From: Alphaproteobacteria bacterium
Lineage (GTDB): Bacteria > Pseudomonadota > Alphaproteobacteria > SP197
NCBI GenBank assembly: GCA_965228895.1
Contig: OZ245842.1
Span: forward strand, 3,296,001 to 3,360,000
Length of the DNA: 64,000 nt
Direction: 5' to 3'
The notes beneath the pieces were generated by a model. It made no database searches and was not told the origin of the DNA. It saw nothing but the letters and a program-made list of their open reading frames with translations. The position numbers and the translations under genes were made by a program. This document shows positions 28,214-37,471 of the stretch, one piece after another (position 1 is the first letter of the stretch; every line of letters starts with the position of its first letter).

Positions 28214-31200
28214 CTACTCGCAGAACGACCGCAGATTGTCGGCGAGCGCGGCCATGTTCTCGCCATCCCACATGCCATAGGAACCGTCATCGGCGTCGGC
28301 CAATCGGATGCCGGTCATACCGTTCGGCATCAAGGTCACGAGATTGCCGCCGAACCCCATCATCTCGGGAATCATCACGTCACACCGCTGCTGGCCGCGA
28401 TAGGGCATGTACCAGAATGAAAAGTCGTATCGGTAGGTGCCGTGGGCGGTCTGCCACGGGACCGTCAGGTCGCCGCCGGAGCCGTCCAGCAACAGGTCGA
28501 TCTCGTCGCCATAAAGAAGCTGGCGGCCGTCATGGGCGCCGCGATCAAGGAAAAGCTGGGCGATCTTGGCGAGATCGTCGAGGGTCGGGAAGAACCCCCA
28601 GCCCATGATCGGCACGCCGCGCGAACCGTCGGCTTCGCGCGTGTGCATCAAGGGCGCCGCCGTGATGCCGATCGGCCGCAATACCTCGTCGCTCACCATC
28701 TCCCACAAATGGGCGTCCGGCCCCTCCTTCGCCTTCACATAGGCATCCATGGCAACGGCGAGCGTGAAGGTGTGCAGGCTGTTGTAGCGGACGACCTCGC
28801 CGGGCCCCCATTCGTAGTTGCCGTCCTCGAAGACGACATCCAGTTTGGTCTCGACACCGAGCGCGTTGCCGAAACGCCCGATGAAGCGATCCTCGTCGGC
28901 TTCGATGTCGAAGGTCACTGAAATGCGGTCAGGCGCCATTTCGCCGATCCCGGTCGCCATGTCGATGGCGTCGCGGAACGTCACGTCGTTCCAGCCGTCA
29001 TGGTCCGCCGTGACGTCGACATAGTCGGCGATCTTCGCGTCGAACACCTCTGGCCCGTAACGTTCGGCCAGCCAAAGGAGACTCAACGCCGCACCCGCCG
29101 ACTTGGTGACCGAAAAGACGCCATGACGCATTTCGTCGCAATAGGGATAGTCGCCGAACCGCGTATAGCAGGGCGTGCGGTAGAGCACGCCGTCGTCCAG
29201 CAGGCCGGTGACCGTGACGTGCTTCAGGCCGCGCTCCATGCCATCGATCAGCCGGCTATCCGCGTTAAGTGAGTCGAGAGATGCGGTCGCAATCCGTTGC
29301 GCCAGTTCCTCGTCAAACGCCGCAACCAGTTCGGACTTACCTTCGACCGGCCCTGGCCGATAGATCAAACGTAGCTGCGACCACGCATCGATACGCGACC
29401 AGGATGCCGCCTCCTGAACGATCTGGAGCGTCAGGTCTGACACCTCTGTGTCGTTATAGAGAAAGGTGGCAAGACCATTGTGACTGTCGTTCCATGTTCT
29501 GCCCGCCAGCACGAACGGGAACGAAGCACGCGACCACCCGTCATCACCCGGTTCCGACCAGACCCGGCCCGGGGACAGAATGATGTCCGAACGGCCGGAA
29601 AGAGATTGGATAATGCCGCGTTCAACGGGCACCAGGTATCCGTCTGTCGTGAAGAATGACGCCTTGAAACCTGGAAAGCTTCGTTCTCCAACGAAGAAGG
29701 GTGCCCCGATGAACCCAAGCACGCCCTCAAACTCATGGTGCGCGGGTTCTGCGTTACCGATCGGCATGAAATAGTCGTTGTGGATCGGCCCGTCCCGGTT
29801 CGGCCCACTCGTCATCAACTCGTCGAACGTCAGGCGATCGCGCACGTCGCCGGGCGATTGAACATCGCTAGACGTGTTGGACGTCGCGTCCGAATGGTCT
29901 TCTGGCCCTATCTGCGTCCCCTGCAGTTCGAGCACCGTCTTGATCATAGGGTAGGGGTTTGCCGCGTTCGTCTGCAGGTAGTCGTACGCCGGCCATGTCT
30001 TGGAGATCCGAATGGCGGTGGTGTCGTCGGGCAACAGCACGACGAGATTGCCGACCCAGCCGTTCATGTACGGCACATAGAGGCTCTCGTCCGGCGTCGG
30101 GTTGGGAACGACCGTCGCGTGAAGACCCATTTTGTAGAAGCGAACGGCGTTGATACGCTGCTGGTCAAACGCGCCGTCCTGCGAAAACAACGAGGCGGTG
30201 AGGTCGCGCGGAAGCAGTTGTTCGCCGTCGTGACGGCCATGGTGGTGATAGAGGTCGGCGATCTTCGCGAGGTCGTCCAGGCTGGGATAGTAACCCCACA
30301 CCATGAGAGGCTGGCCAAGGCTGCCGTCAGGCTCGACCGTGCGGTTCTTCGGCGCGTGATGAATGCCGATGGGTTTCAGGACTTCCTCAGCAATCATCGT
30401 CCAGATATCCGCGTCCGGCCCCTCCTGAGATTTGAGATAGGCATTCATGGCGACACCCAGCAGGAACATGTCGCGGTCGCGATAGCGTGCGACTTCGCCC
30501 GGGCCCCACGGATAGTTGCCTGTCTCCTCCACCTTCACGATCTTGGACGCGGCATCCGGCTGCATGTACCAGACGTCGTAATTGTCCTCGCCATACCCAG
30601 TGCTCATCGAGGCGTCGCGGTCGGTATCGCCGCCGCCGATGCCGGTCGCCATGTTGAGCGCATCGCCGAAGGTAACGTTATCCCACCCGTCGTGATCGGG
30701 ATTGATCGTCACGTAGTCAACGATCTTCAGATCGAAGACTTCCGGCCCGAACTTTTGCGCCAGGCGCAGCATGCCGAGCGTCGGGCCGACCGACTTTGTC
30801 ACGGACCAGACACCGAAACGCATGTCGCGTGAATAGGGATAGTCACCCCACGGCGTCGACGACGGTTTGTGGTAGAGCACGCCGTCGATGACCAGACCGC
30901 TAATGACGCGATAATCCGGATCGGTTACCCCTTCGAAGTTCTCGAGCGCCTCCTTGCCGACCTTATCTTCCAACACCGACCAGTCGGCGACGGGGAAGCG
31001 ATCGGCCATCTCGCGCCGATAGGCTTCGATCACCGCCGCGCCGGCATCGTCACCGGCTGGCTGATAGTCCGCGGCCAGTTGGCCCCAGGCATGGAAGTGA
31101 TCGCTGATGAAGTATGGCGCGGTCTGCTGGACGATCTGAAACCGCACGTCCGAGACGCCGCCGTCGTCATAGACAAACGTCGCGATGCCGTTATGGGTGT

Positions 31201-31711
31201 CGTTCTCGAGCTCGTTCATCAGCGCAAACGGGAACGACGCGCGGGACCAGCCGTCGTCGCCGGGTTCCGACCACACGCGGCCAGGCTGAACGATGATCTG
31301 CCAGAAACTCGTCCCCATCTCACCCGGCGTTTCGCGAATGATGTCCTGGCTTGCCGGGATCAGCACGCCGTCATCGGAGAAGAATGTCAGCGTCACGCCG
31401 GGGAAGAGAACGGGGTCGCCGCCCAAAACCTCACGCCGCACAAACACTGGGTTCGTTCCCATCTCGGCTTGCGTGAAGATGATGTGCCCGGAAAAGGCAT
31501 GGTGCGCCGGACCTGCGTCGCCGACAGGCATGAACCAGCCATTGTGGATTGGGCCGTCCTGCTGCGGCTGTTTTGCGATCAGCTCGTCGACGGTCAAATG
31601 GTCGCGAACATCGCCGGGAGGGTCGACCTCGGCGCGTGCCCCGCCGGCGATCAGCATCAAGCCGACAAGAGCGATGCCGAACCACACCTTGCGCCACGAC
31701 AACATCATCAT
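28214..31711 (-). CDS. Exported serine hydrolase with two tandem [N-domain + beta-lactamase] modules
   Basis: PGDVRD..T.DEL occurs twice; WSVTKS and FSVTKS; ATGA overlap with the upstream gene. Confidence 0.82.
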   Translation of the reverse strand: MMMLSWRKVWFGIALVGLMLIAGGARAEVDPPGDVRDHLTVDELIAKQPQQDGPIHNGWFMPVGDAGPAHHAFSGHIIFTQAEMGTNPVFVRREVLGGDPVLFPGVTLTFFSDDGVLIPASQDIIRETPGEMGTSFWQIIVQPGRVWSEPGDDGWSRASFPFALMNELENDTHNGIATFVYDDGGVSDVRFQIVQQTAPYFISDHFHAWGQLAADYQPAGDDAGAAVIEAYRREMADRFPVADWSVLEDKVGKEALENFEGVTDPDYRVISGLVIDGVLYHKPSSTPWGDYPYSRDMRFGVWSVTKSVGPTLGMLRLAQKFGPEVFDLKIVDYVTINPDHDGWDNVTFGDALNMATGIGGGDTDRDASMSTGYGEDNYDVWYMQPDAASKIVKVEETGNYPWGPGEVARYRDRDMFLLGVAMNAYLKSQEGPDADIWTMIAEEVLKPIGIHHAPKNRTVEPDGSLGQPLMVWGYYPSLDDLAKIADLYHHHGRHDGEQLLPRDLTASLFSQDGAFDQQRINAVRFYKMGLHATVVPNPTPDESLYVPYMNGWVGNLVVLLPDDTTAIRISKTWPAYDYLQTNAANPYPMIKTVLELQGTQIGPEDHSDATSNTSSDVQSPGDVRDRLTFDELMTSGPNRDGPIHNDYFMPIGNAEPAHHEFEGVLGFIGAPFFVGERSFPGFKASFFTTDGYLVPVERGIIQSLSGRSDIILSPGRVWSEPGDDGWSRASFPFVLAGRTWNDSHNGLATFLYNDTEVSDLTLQIVQEAASWSRIDAWSQLRLIYRPGPVEGKSELVAAFDEELAQRIATASLDSLNADSRLIDGMERGLKHVTVTGLLDDGVLYRTPCYTRFGDYPYCDEMRHGVFSVTKSAGAALSLLWLAERYGPEVFDAKIADYVDVTADHDGWNDVTFRDAIDMATGIGEMAPDRISVTFDIEADEDRFIGRFGNALGVETKLDVVFEDGNYEWGPGEVVRYNSLHTFTLAVAMDAYVKAKEGPDAHLWEMVSDEVLRPIGITAAPLMHTREADGSRGVPIMGWGFFPTLDDLAKIAQLFLDRGAHDGRQLLYGDEIDLLLDGSGGDLTVPWQTAHGTYRYDFSFWYMPYRGQQRCDVMIPEMMGFGGNLVTLMPNGMTGIRLADADDGSYGMWDGENMAALADNLRSFCE

Positions 31712-33477
31712 TGCGCGCTCCCCTCGTCCGGACACAGCGAACGGATCTCGTGCACCGCCTCGGCGAGCCGGCTGTGTACGCCCATGCCATCGTCGCTGAA
31801 GCGGAACAGGGTGACGTCGTTGGGCAGCAGGAAGACATAGTTGCCGCCGTAGCCGCGCATGCTCGCCACATCGACAAAACACACGGGCACCCACAAACGG
31901 TAGTGCCACATCGAGAGGTTATAGGACTGGGTACCGCCGACGCCGATGGGAATGCCGGAGGTATCGTCGCGGTAGAGTGCGGCGTCGATGCCCTGGCGGC
32001 TTAAGAGTTGCACGCCGTCGTGCACGCCGCCGTTCTGCAGCAGCGTCGCGATCCTGGCGACGTCGTGCACGTTCGGAAACACGCCGGCCGCCATGAACGG
32101 AACGCCCGGCGACCCGTCCGTCTCGTGGGTGTGCGATTTCGGCAGGGTCATGACGCCGATCGGGTGCAGAACGTCGCGGGTCAGGCTTGCCCACAGCGAG
32201 GCGTCCGGCCCTTCGTGCTGCTTGACCAGCGCATCCATGGCGGCGGCCAGAACGAAACTGTCCATGTTGCGGTAGCGGAACACCTCGCCCGGCCCCCAGT
32301 CATAGTCGGAACCGGCAAACGCCGCATCCAGCTTGCCCGACGCGGTCTCGGCCTCCAGGAACGCGATCAACGTCGGCGCATCCTCATCCTCGGAATACCA
32401 GATGCGGCTTTCGCGATCTGGGCCCGCCTCGCCGATGCCGCTTGCCATGCTTAGCAGATCGGCAAGGGTCACGTCGTCCCAGCCGTCGTGATCGGCGTTG
32501 ACGTCCAGGATGTCCCTGACCTTCATGGCAAAGACTTCGTCGCCGTACTTCTCGGCGAGATAAAGCAGGCTCACCATGCCGGCCAGCGACTTGGTGACCG
32601 AATAGACGCTGTGGCGCATCTCCTCGCAATAAGGAAAGTCGCCATAGTCAGTCTCGCAGACGCCAAGATAAAGCACACCGTCAAGCACCACACCGGTCGC
32701 GCTGATCGGCACGTTGGTGTGCAGACCCTTCAGGCTGGCTAGCGCGCGCGGGCTCAACCCGTCTACCAATTCCGCGAGCGGTCTGACCGGCAGGCGCATC
32801 GCGCGGTCGCGTTCGAAATCGGCAATCAGTCCTTCGGCGTTGTCGACGGTCTTCGGCAGATACGTCCCATCGATCCGGCCATAGGCGATGAACTCGTTGT
32901 CGGGCGCGGTCTGCTGGACGACCTGGAACACGAGATCCGAGATCATCCCATCGTCAAAAACGAAGGTCGCGATGCCGTTATGCGCCTCGGCCATCCACTC
33001 GCCGCCGACCAGGGAGAAGGGGAACGACGCGCGCGACAGCCCGTCATCCAATGGCTCCGACCACACGCGCCCCGGCGACACGGCGAGGTGCCAGGGTACG
33101 GGCTCGCCGGTGCTGGCGATCAGATCGCCGCTGACCGGAATCAGATAATCGCCGTGGCTGATGAAGCTCAGCTCGAACGGTGGCGACCAGCCGTCAAACG
33201 GACCCTCGATATTGAAACCCTTTGTTGCCGTGCCCGGCAGAACCAGCGTGCCGGAAAACGCATGCAACGCCGGCCCCGCCTCACCGACGGCCATGAACCA
33301 GTCGTTGTGCACGGGTCCGTCCGGCTGGGCCGTGCCGTTGATCAGCATGGCGGCGGTCAGTTCGGTGCGCTCGTCGCCCGGCGGTTCGACATCGGCCAGG
33401 GCAAGGAGCGGTGCGACCGCGATCAGGATGACCGCCAGCAACGCTGGCGCAAGTCGTCGTGGAACACGCGGTGTCAT
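31708..33477 (-). CDS. Exported beta-lactamase-fold serine hydrolase with N-terminal extra domain
   Basis: YSVTKS, LSMASG, FRYRN, MRGYGGN. Confidence 0.82.
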   Translation of the reverse strand: MTPRVPRRLAPALLAVILIAVAPLLALADVEPPGDERTELTAAMLINGTAQPDGPVHNDWFMAVGEAGPALHAFSGTLVLPGTATKGFNIEGPFDGWSPPFELSFISHGDYLIPVSGDLIASTGEPVPWHLAVSPGRVWSEPLDDGLSRASFPFSLVGGEWMAEAHNGIATFVFDDGMISDLVFQVVQQTAPDNEFIAYGRIDGTYLPKTVDNAEGLIADFERDRAMRLPVRPLAELVDGLSPRALASLKGLHTNVPISATGVVLDGVLYLGVCETDYGDFPYCEEMRHSVYSVTKSLAGMVSLLYLAEKYGDEVFAMKVRDILDVNADHDGWDDVTLADLLSMASGIGEAGPDRESRIWYSEDEDAPTLIAFLEAETASGKLDAAFAGSDYDWGPGEVFRYRNMDSFVLAAAMDALVKQHEGPDASLWASLTRDVLHPIGVMTLPKSHTHETDGSPGVPFMAAGVFPNVHDVARIATLLQNGGVHDGVQLLSRQGIDAALYRDDTSGIPIGVGGTQSYNLSMWHYRLWVPVCFVDVASMRGYGGNYVFLLPNDVTLFRFSDDGMGVHSRLAEAVHEIRSLCPDEGSAQ

Positions 33478-33614
33478 CGGCCCTACCCCTCTTGATTGTT
33501 GTCGAACGCTCTCCGTAACCGTTGTGTCTGCTTGATCGCGCGCGTCGCGAACGCTGGCGGATAATCTAGCCCAGGTGGTGCGCAAGCCCTATTGGCGACG
33601 CCACCGTCAGCAAA

Positions 33615-33643
33615 TTGCATACATTGTCATTGTATGTATGCAA
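33615..33643. promoter_or_regulatory. Inverted repeat, GntR-like operator candidate
   Basis: TTGCATACA-N11-TGTATGCAA, AT-rich, upstream of the hydrolase operon. Confidence 0.5.
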
Positions 33644-33710
33644 ACGATGACGAGTCAACCTAAACCGGTGCGCGCGGGCGTTTCCGCACCCCGTGAAACC
33701 CTACAAACGC

Positions 33711-34676
33711 TTAAGTTTCCTGCGCTTGCGCCTCTTTGGCCGGCACGCCATAGGCGGTCTTCAGGTCCGCCAGAGGTTCGTGGATATGGGCCCAGAAGTC
33801 CCAGTCCGGCGCGAAAACGTCGGTGGTCATCTGCTGGCCGCGCGACCACGCCTCCCAAAAGTGGACGGGATCGAGCGCGCCCTTGTGGGACCCCGCTGCC
33901 TCGATCAACTCAATGCCCAGATGCCAGCTGAACAGCACCGGCAGGATGTGACCGGACATCGGTTCAATGGGGTGCATGCCGGCGGTGAAGGTCGAGACCA
34001 AGATCTCGCCGGCATAGGTCGTGTTGTAGTCGCTCAAGAGATGCGTGGTGTCGTGGGGCACGGCGAAGATCGCATTAAGCGAGTTTTCCGCACCGGGAAA
34101 GGCAAAGCCGTGGGACGTGTACTGGTGCCAGAAGCCATGACCCAGCGTGACCTCCGGCAAGGCCTCCAGCGCGTGAAAACGCGCCTCCAGCGCCGGGTCG
34201 TTGTTGTCACCCTGGTAGGGCAGCAACCACGGCATGACGTCGCCCTCGTCCCACATCTTGTGCGTGATCGAGAGCATGTTGTGACGCACCATGTCCATGC
34301 CCGCCCAACGCAGATGACCGAGTGCCGCTTCGTTCATTTCCTTCAGGTAGGGTGCATCGAAACCGAGCGCTGCCGCATAGTCTTCGACCCGCTTGACCTT
34401 CATCTGATCGACGACACCATCAACAAACGCCATGACGGCGACAAAACCTATCGCGCGTCCACGCAGGTCGTCGCCCGTGACGGCACCTGCCAATTCGCCG
34501 GACGTCACAGCGTCCGCCACGTCGAGCGGCTTCGCCAAGCCAAAGAAAAAGTGGCCCGCCGCCGCGATCGCCGCGCGGTCGTCGTCGCTCGGCGCTCCGT
34601 TTTCGCCGGCGGACGCGACCGTCTTCATCGCGCCCAGAATGGCGCCGACCGCCTCTGGTGATGCATCGACCTTCAT
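33711..34676 (-). CDS. TerB-like N-domain + Coq4-like domain protein
   Basis: HDTTH-x11-E matches the Coq4 metal motif; LPE.TLG precedes it; MAFVDG.V in the N-terminus. Confidence 0.65.
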   Translation of the reverse strand: MKVDASPEAVGAILGAMKTVASAGENGAPSDDDRAAIAAAGHFFFGLAKPLDVADAVTSGELAGAVTGDDLRGRAIGFVAVMAFVDGVVDQMKVKRVEDYAAALGFDAPYLKEMNEAALGHLRWAGMDMVRHNMLSITHKMWDEGDVMPWLLPYQGDNNDPALEARFHALEALPEVTLGHGFWHQYTSHGFAFPGAENSLNAIFAVPHDTTHLLSDYNTTYAGEILVSTFTAGMHPIEPMSGHILPVLFSWHLGIELIEAAGSHKGALDPVHFWEAWSRGQQMTTDVFAPDWDFWAHIHEPLADLKTAYGVPAKEAQAQET

Positions 34677-34701
34677 GGTGCTCTCCCGTCCCCGCCCGCG
34701 C

Positions 34702-34853
34702 TTGGAGCGGATCATGGTGAGGTGGAACCGATTGACGGTTCCACCTCACCATGTGAATCCGCTCTCCATCTATCTCTCCACCTATGAGTAGAGCAGATTC
34801 ACCTGCCTTGATGGAGTCGCAAAGCAATTCCATCAAGGCAGGATCTGCTCTAG
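34702..34853. repeat. Palindromic intergenic element (RIME/CIR-like MITE), copy 1
   Basis: GGTGAGGTGGAACCG/CGGTTCCACCTCACC hairpin, TAGAGCAGAT...ATCTGCTCTAG. Confidence 0.8.
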
Positions 34854-35968
34854 CCGGCGAGCTCGGCGTCGGCGCTCCACGTCGCGCCGTTGATGGCTTC
34901 AAAACGTAACTCATAGGCGCCCGGCTGCAACGCCAACCCGCTTGCCGGTGCGGGCAGGGTGATCGTCGCGCGCGCGCCGGTCGACCCGCTGAAGCCGACG
35001 ACCTCGGTCTTAAAGTGTGCTGCCCAGACATAGGGGTAGACGTTTTGGATGGCGCTTTCCGGCAGCGCCGCCAGCGCCGCGCCGTCCCATGTCGCGACCA
35101 CGGTGCCACTTTTGTCCGTCAACGTCACGTCGACGACATAGGCAGCACCCGTATCGGGTCCGGCGTTGACATAGGCATCGAACGTCACGCTGCCGTTGTC
35201 GGCGAGCGCGACGTCGGTGAGCGCGATGTGATGGCGGTGAAAGCTGACCCGCGGATCAAGCGGCGACACCACCGCACCGAACAGGATGTGATAGGTGCCG
35301 ACCGTGAAAACCGCGCACACCAGCGCCAGCGCGATACCCGCCCGCCGTGTCGCCACGGGCGTCAACGCGCCGCTGGTCAGCCACACCAACCACAGCCGCC
35401 TGGCCTTCTCCACCGCGCGCGCGAACAGCACGTGATCCAGCGACAACCGTCCGCCGCCGGCGATCACCACCGCACCGCTCATGGCGACGCCGGAGACCGC
35501 CATGGTCCACTCGTCCAGACAGGTCGAACCCATCCAGCCGAAAATCACCATCAACGCGATGTTGAGACCGACACTGACCAGCGCCAGCCCGCGCGTGATG
35601 AGTCCGAAGATCAGGCCAAGCCCGACGATCAGCTCGGCGATCGTCCATGCCCACACGGACAGGTCGATCAGCGCGGGATTAGCCAACGACCACTCCAGCG
35701 GCTCCTGGATCCACAGCGCGCCGGGCAAGGCGTGCACCATCTTGTTGGCGACGAAGCCCGCGGACTCGAAGTCCAGCTTCACCGCAAAGTCGACACCGTG
35801 GATCTCATGGAAGTCATAGATCAACCGGCGGCTCGCGCCGCCCCAGAAGATGAACCCCTGGACCAGGCGCGCGCCCAACACCGTCAACGCGATCAGCGGA
35901 AACGCGCTCAACCAAATCAGCCTCGACCGGTCGCCTTCGTCATGAATCGCCCATTGCTGCATCGCCAT
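34850..35968 (-). CDS. doxD: Thiosulfate:quinone oxidoreductase DoxD-DoxA fusion
   Basis: RLVQGFIFWGG, GW.GSTCLDEW, soluble C-terminal domain with Y.NAGPD. Confidence 0.8.
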   Translation of the reverse strand: MAMQQWAIHDEGDRSRLIWLSAFPLIALTVLGARLVQGFIFWGGASRRLIYDFHEIHGVDFAVKLDFESAGFVANKMVHALPGALWIQEPLEWSLANPALIDLSVWAWTIAELIVGLGLIFGLITRGLALVSVGLNIALMVIFGWMGSTCLDEWTMAVSGVAMSGAVVIAGGGRLSLDHVLFARAVEKARRLWLVWLTSGALTPVATRRAGIALALVCAVFTVGTYHILFGAVVSPLDPRVSFHRHHIALTDVALADNGSVTFDAYVNAGPDTGAAYVVDVTLTDKSGTVVATWDGAALAALPESAIQNVYPYVWAAHFKTEVVGFSGSTGARATITLPAPASGLALQPGAYELRFEAINGATWSADAELAG

Positions 35969-36075
35969 CGCCTGGTCCCCTCCTCGGTGTGGCTATGGCG
36001 GACAGTATGCCTCAGCGGAGACGCGGGGGACACGGATAGGTGGTCAAGCTGGCCATCTCCATCCCGCGCCGATCA

Positions 36076-36999
36076 TCAACCAAACGACGCTAGTCTGTGG
36101 ATCGGTCCGTTCAGCACGTGATTGACCCAGCCCCAGCGCATCGCGATCCTGCTTTCGTCCTGCTCCTCGAACGCGTGGCCCAAGGCCTCGAAGGCGCTGA
36201 CGATGTGATAGAGCAGGATGCGATGAGGCGACGGCTCGGCCTTCGCGGTCCGGGCGTAACGTGCGAGTGCACGCTTCTCGAAATCGCTGCCGAACGAGGA
36301 GAAATAGCGGAGATCCATGTTGCGGTCGTCGATGCCGACATCCTCGAAGTCGAAGATCGCGTTCAGCGCGCCGGTTGTCTCATCCACCGCGAAGTTGCCG
36401 GCCCAGGGATCGCCATGAACGACAACGAGATCATGATCCGGCACCGCGACGTCGCGGTAGTGGCTGAGCGTCAGGTCCAAGCCATCTCGCACACGCGGAT
36501 CGTCCAGCCGGCCTGCCAGCATGTCCGCCAACGCGTCGGCGCTGGGGAGAATGTTGACGCGCTTCAGCCCGAGCTCGCGGCGTTCGCCTTCCGAAAACGC
36601 GGTGTGAATCTCGGCGAACGTCCGGCCGAGGTCATCGGCCAAGCGGACGCCTAGCGCGGAGGCACCGATCTCCGGCTCCGGTCCGCCGCCGACCTGCATG
36701 CCGGCGATCTTCCGTCGGACCTGAATGGCGTCGTCGTCGCTGAAAAAGATGATGGGCGGCACCTGGACCGAGAGCCGCTCGGCGAGACGTCCCAGGACCC
36801 GTCGTTCACGGCCAAGCCGCTGAGTGGCTTCTTCGCTGTCGGCGACCAGCACCATAAGGTCGTCCGGCAGATGAGCGATCCAACGCCACCAACGAAACGA
36901 GAGTTGGATGTCGGACGGCGCGACGTCGATCGCAAAATTGTCACCGAGTTCCCTTGCCAACCAGTCTTCGGTGACTGTTACATCGCGATCGTTGGCCAC
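36076..36999 (-). CDS. Aminoglycoside phosphotransferase / choline kinase family protein
   Basis: HGDPWAGN, IFDFED; AGGAGG RBS before GTG. Confidence 0.85.
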   Translation of the reverse strand: MANDRDVTVTEDWLARELGDNFAIDVAPSDIQLSFRWWRWIAHLPDDLMVLVADSEEATQRLGRERRVLGRLAERLSVQVPPIIFFSDDDAIQVRRKIAGMQVGGGPEPEIGASALGVRLADDLGRTFAEIHTAFSEGERRELGLKRVNILPSADALADMLAGRLDDPRVRDGLDLTLSHYRDVAVPDHDLVVVHGDPWAGNFAVDETTGALNAIFDFEDVGIDDRNMDLRYFSSFGSDFEKRALARYARTAKAEPSPHRILLYHIVSAFEALGHAFEEQDESRIAMRWGWVNHVLNGPIHRLASFG

Positions 37000-37072
37000 A
37001 ACCGCCTCCTTGGAGGTTGCACGGAGTCTATCGCGCCAGCCGACCGGCGTCACGACGGCCGCGAACGCTACC

Positions 37073-37471
37073 CTACCCCGCCTTGCGTTCGTTCAGCACC
37101 GCCGCGGTCTTCAAGAGCGCCTCCATCAGACGCCGCTGCGCGGTCCTGGGATCGCAGCCGGCGATGGCGCCGATCTTCCACCAGGGCGTCCGGTTGGCGC
37201 GCGCCCAGGCGATGCGCGCGTCGTCGTCGTCCATCAGCTGCAGCCACGGGATCGCCTCATCCATGGCGTCGATGTCCCGGGGCGACGGCGTGATGCGGAT
37301 GCGCCCAACGCCGGCATAGCCATAGGCCTCCTGGGCGGCGTGCACGTAATCCGGCCAGTGGCTGCGGTGTTCGTGCGGGCCTTTGACCGCGGGCAGACGG
37401 CGCAGCGTGCGCGCCGCTTCACTCAGACGTTCCATGATCTCGGCGGCGGTGATGTCGTCGGGATGGGTCAT
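37073..37471 (-). CDS. DUF6362-like phage transcriptional regulator (late-activator/antiterminator position)
   Basis: ERLSEAARTLRRLP...WP...PSPRDIDAMDEAIPWL...WARA...W..I...RTAQRR. Confidence 0.75.
   Translation of the reverse strand: MTHPDDITAAEIMERLSEAARTLRRLPAVKGPHEHRSHWPDYVHAAQEAYGYAGVGRIRITPSPRDIDAMDEAIPWLQLMDDDDARIAWARANRTPWWKIGAIAGCDPRTAQRRLMEALLKTAAVLNERKAG

Noticed and set aside
23786-33477. True beta-lactam resistance cluster
   Set aside because: SxxK present, but no canonical KTG triad; a general amidase/esterase role is more likely
36076-36999. APH as a bona fide aminoglycoside resistance gene
   Set aside because: Only superfamily motifs are visible; substrate cannot be inferred
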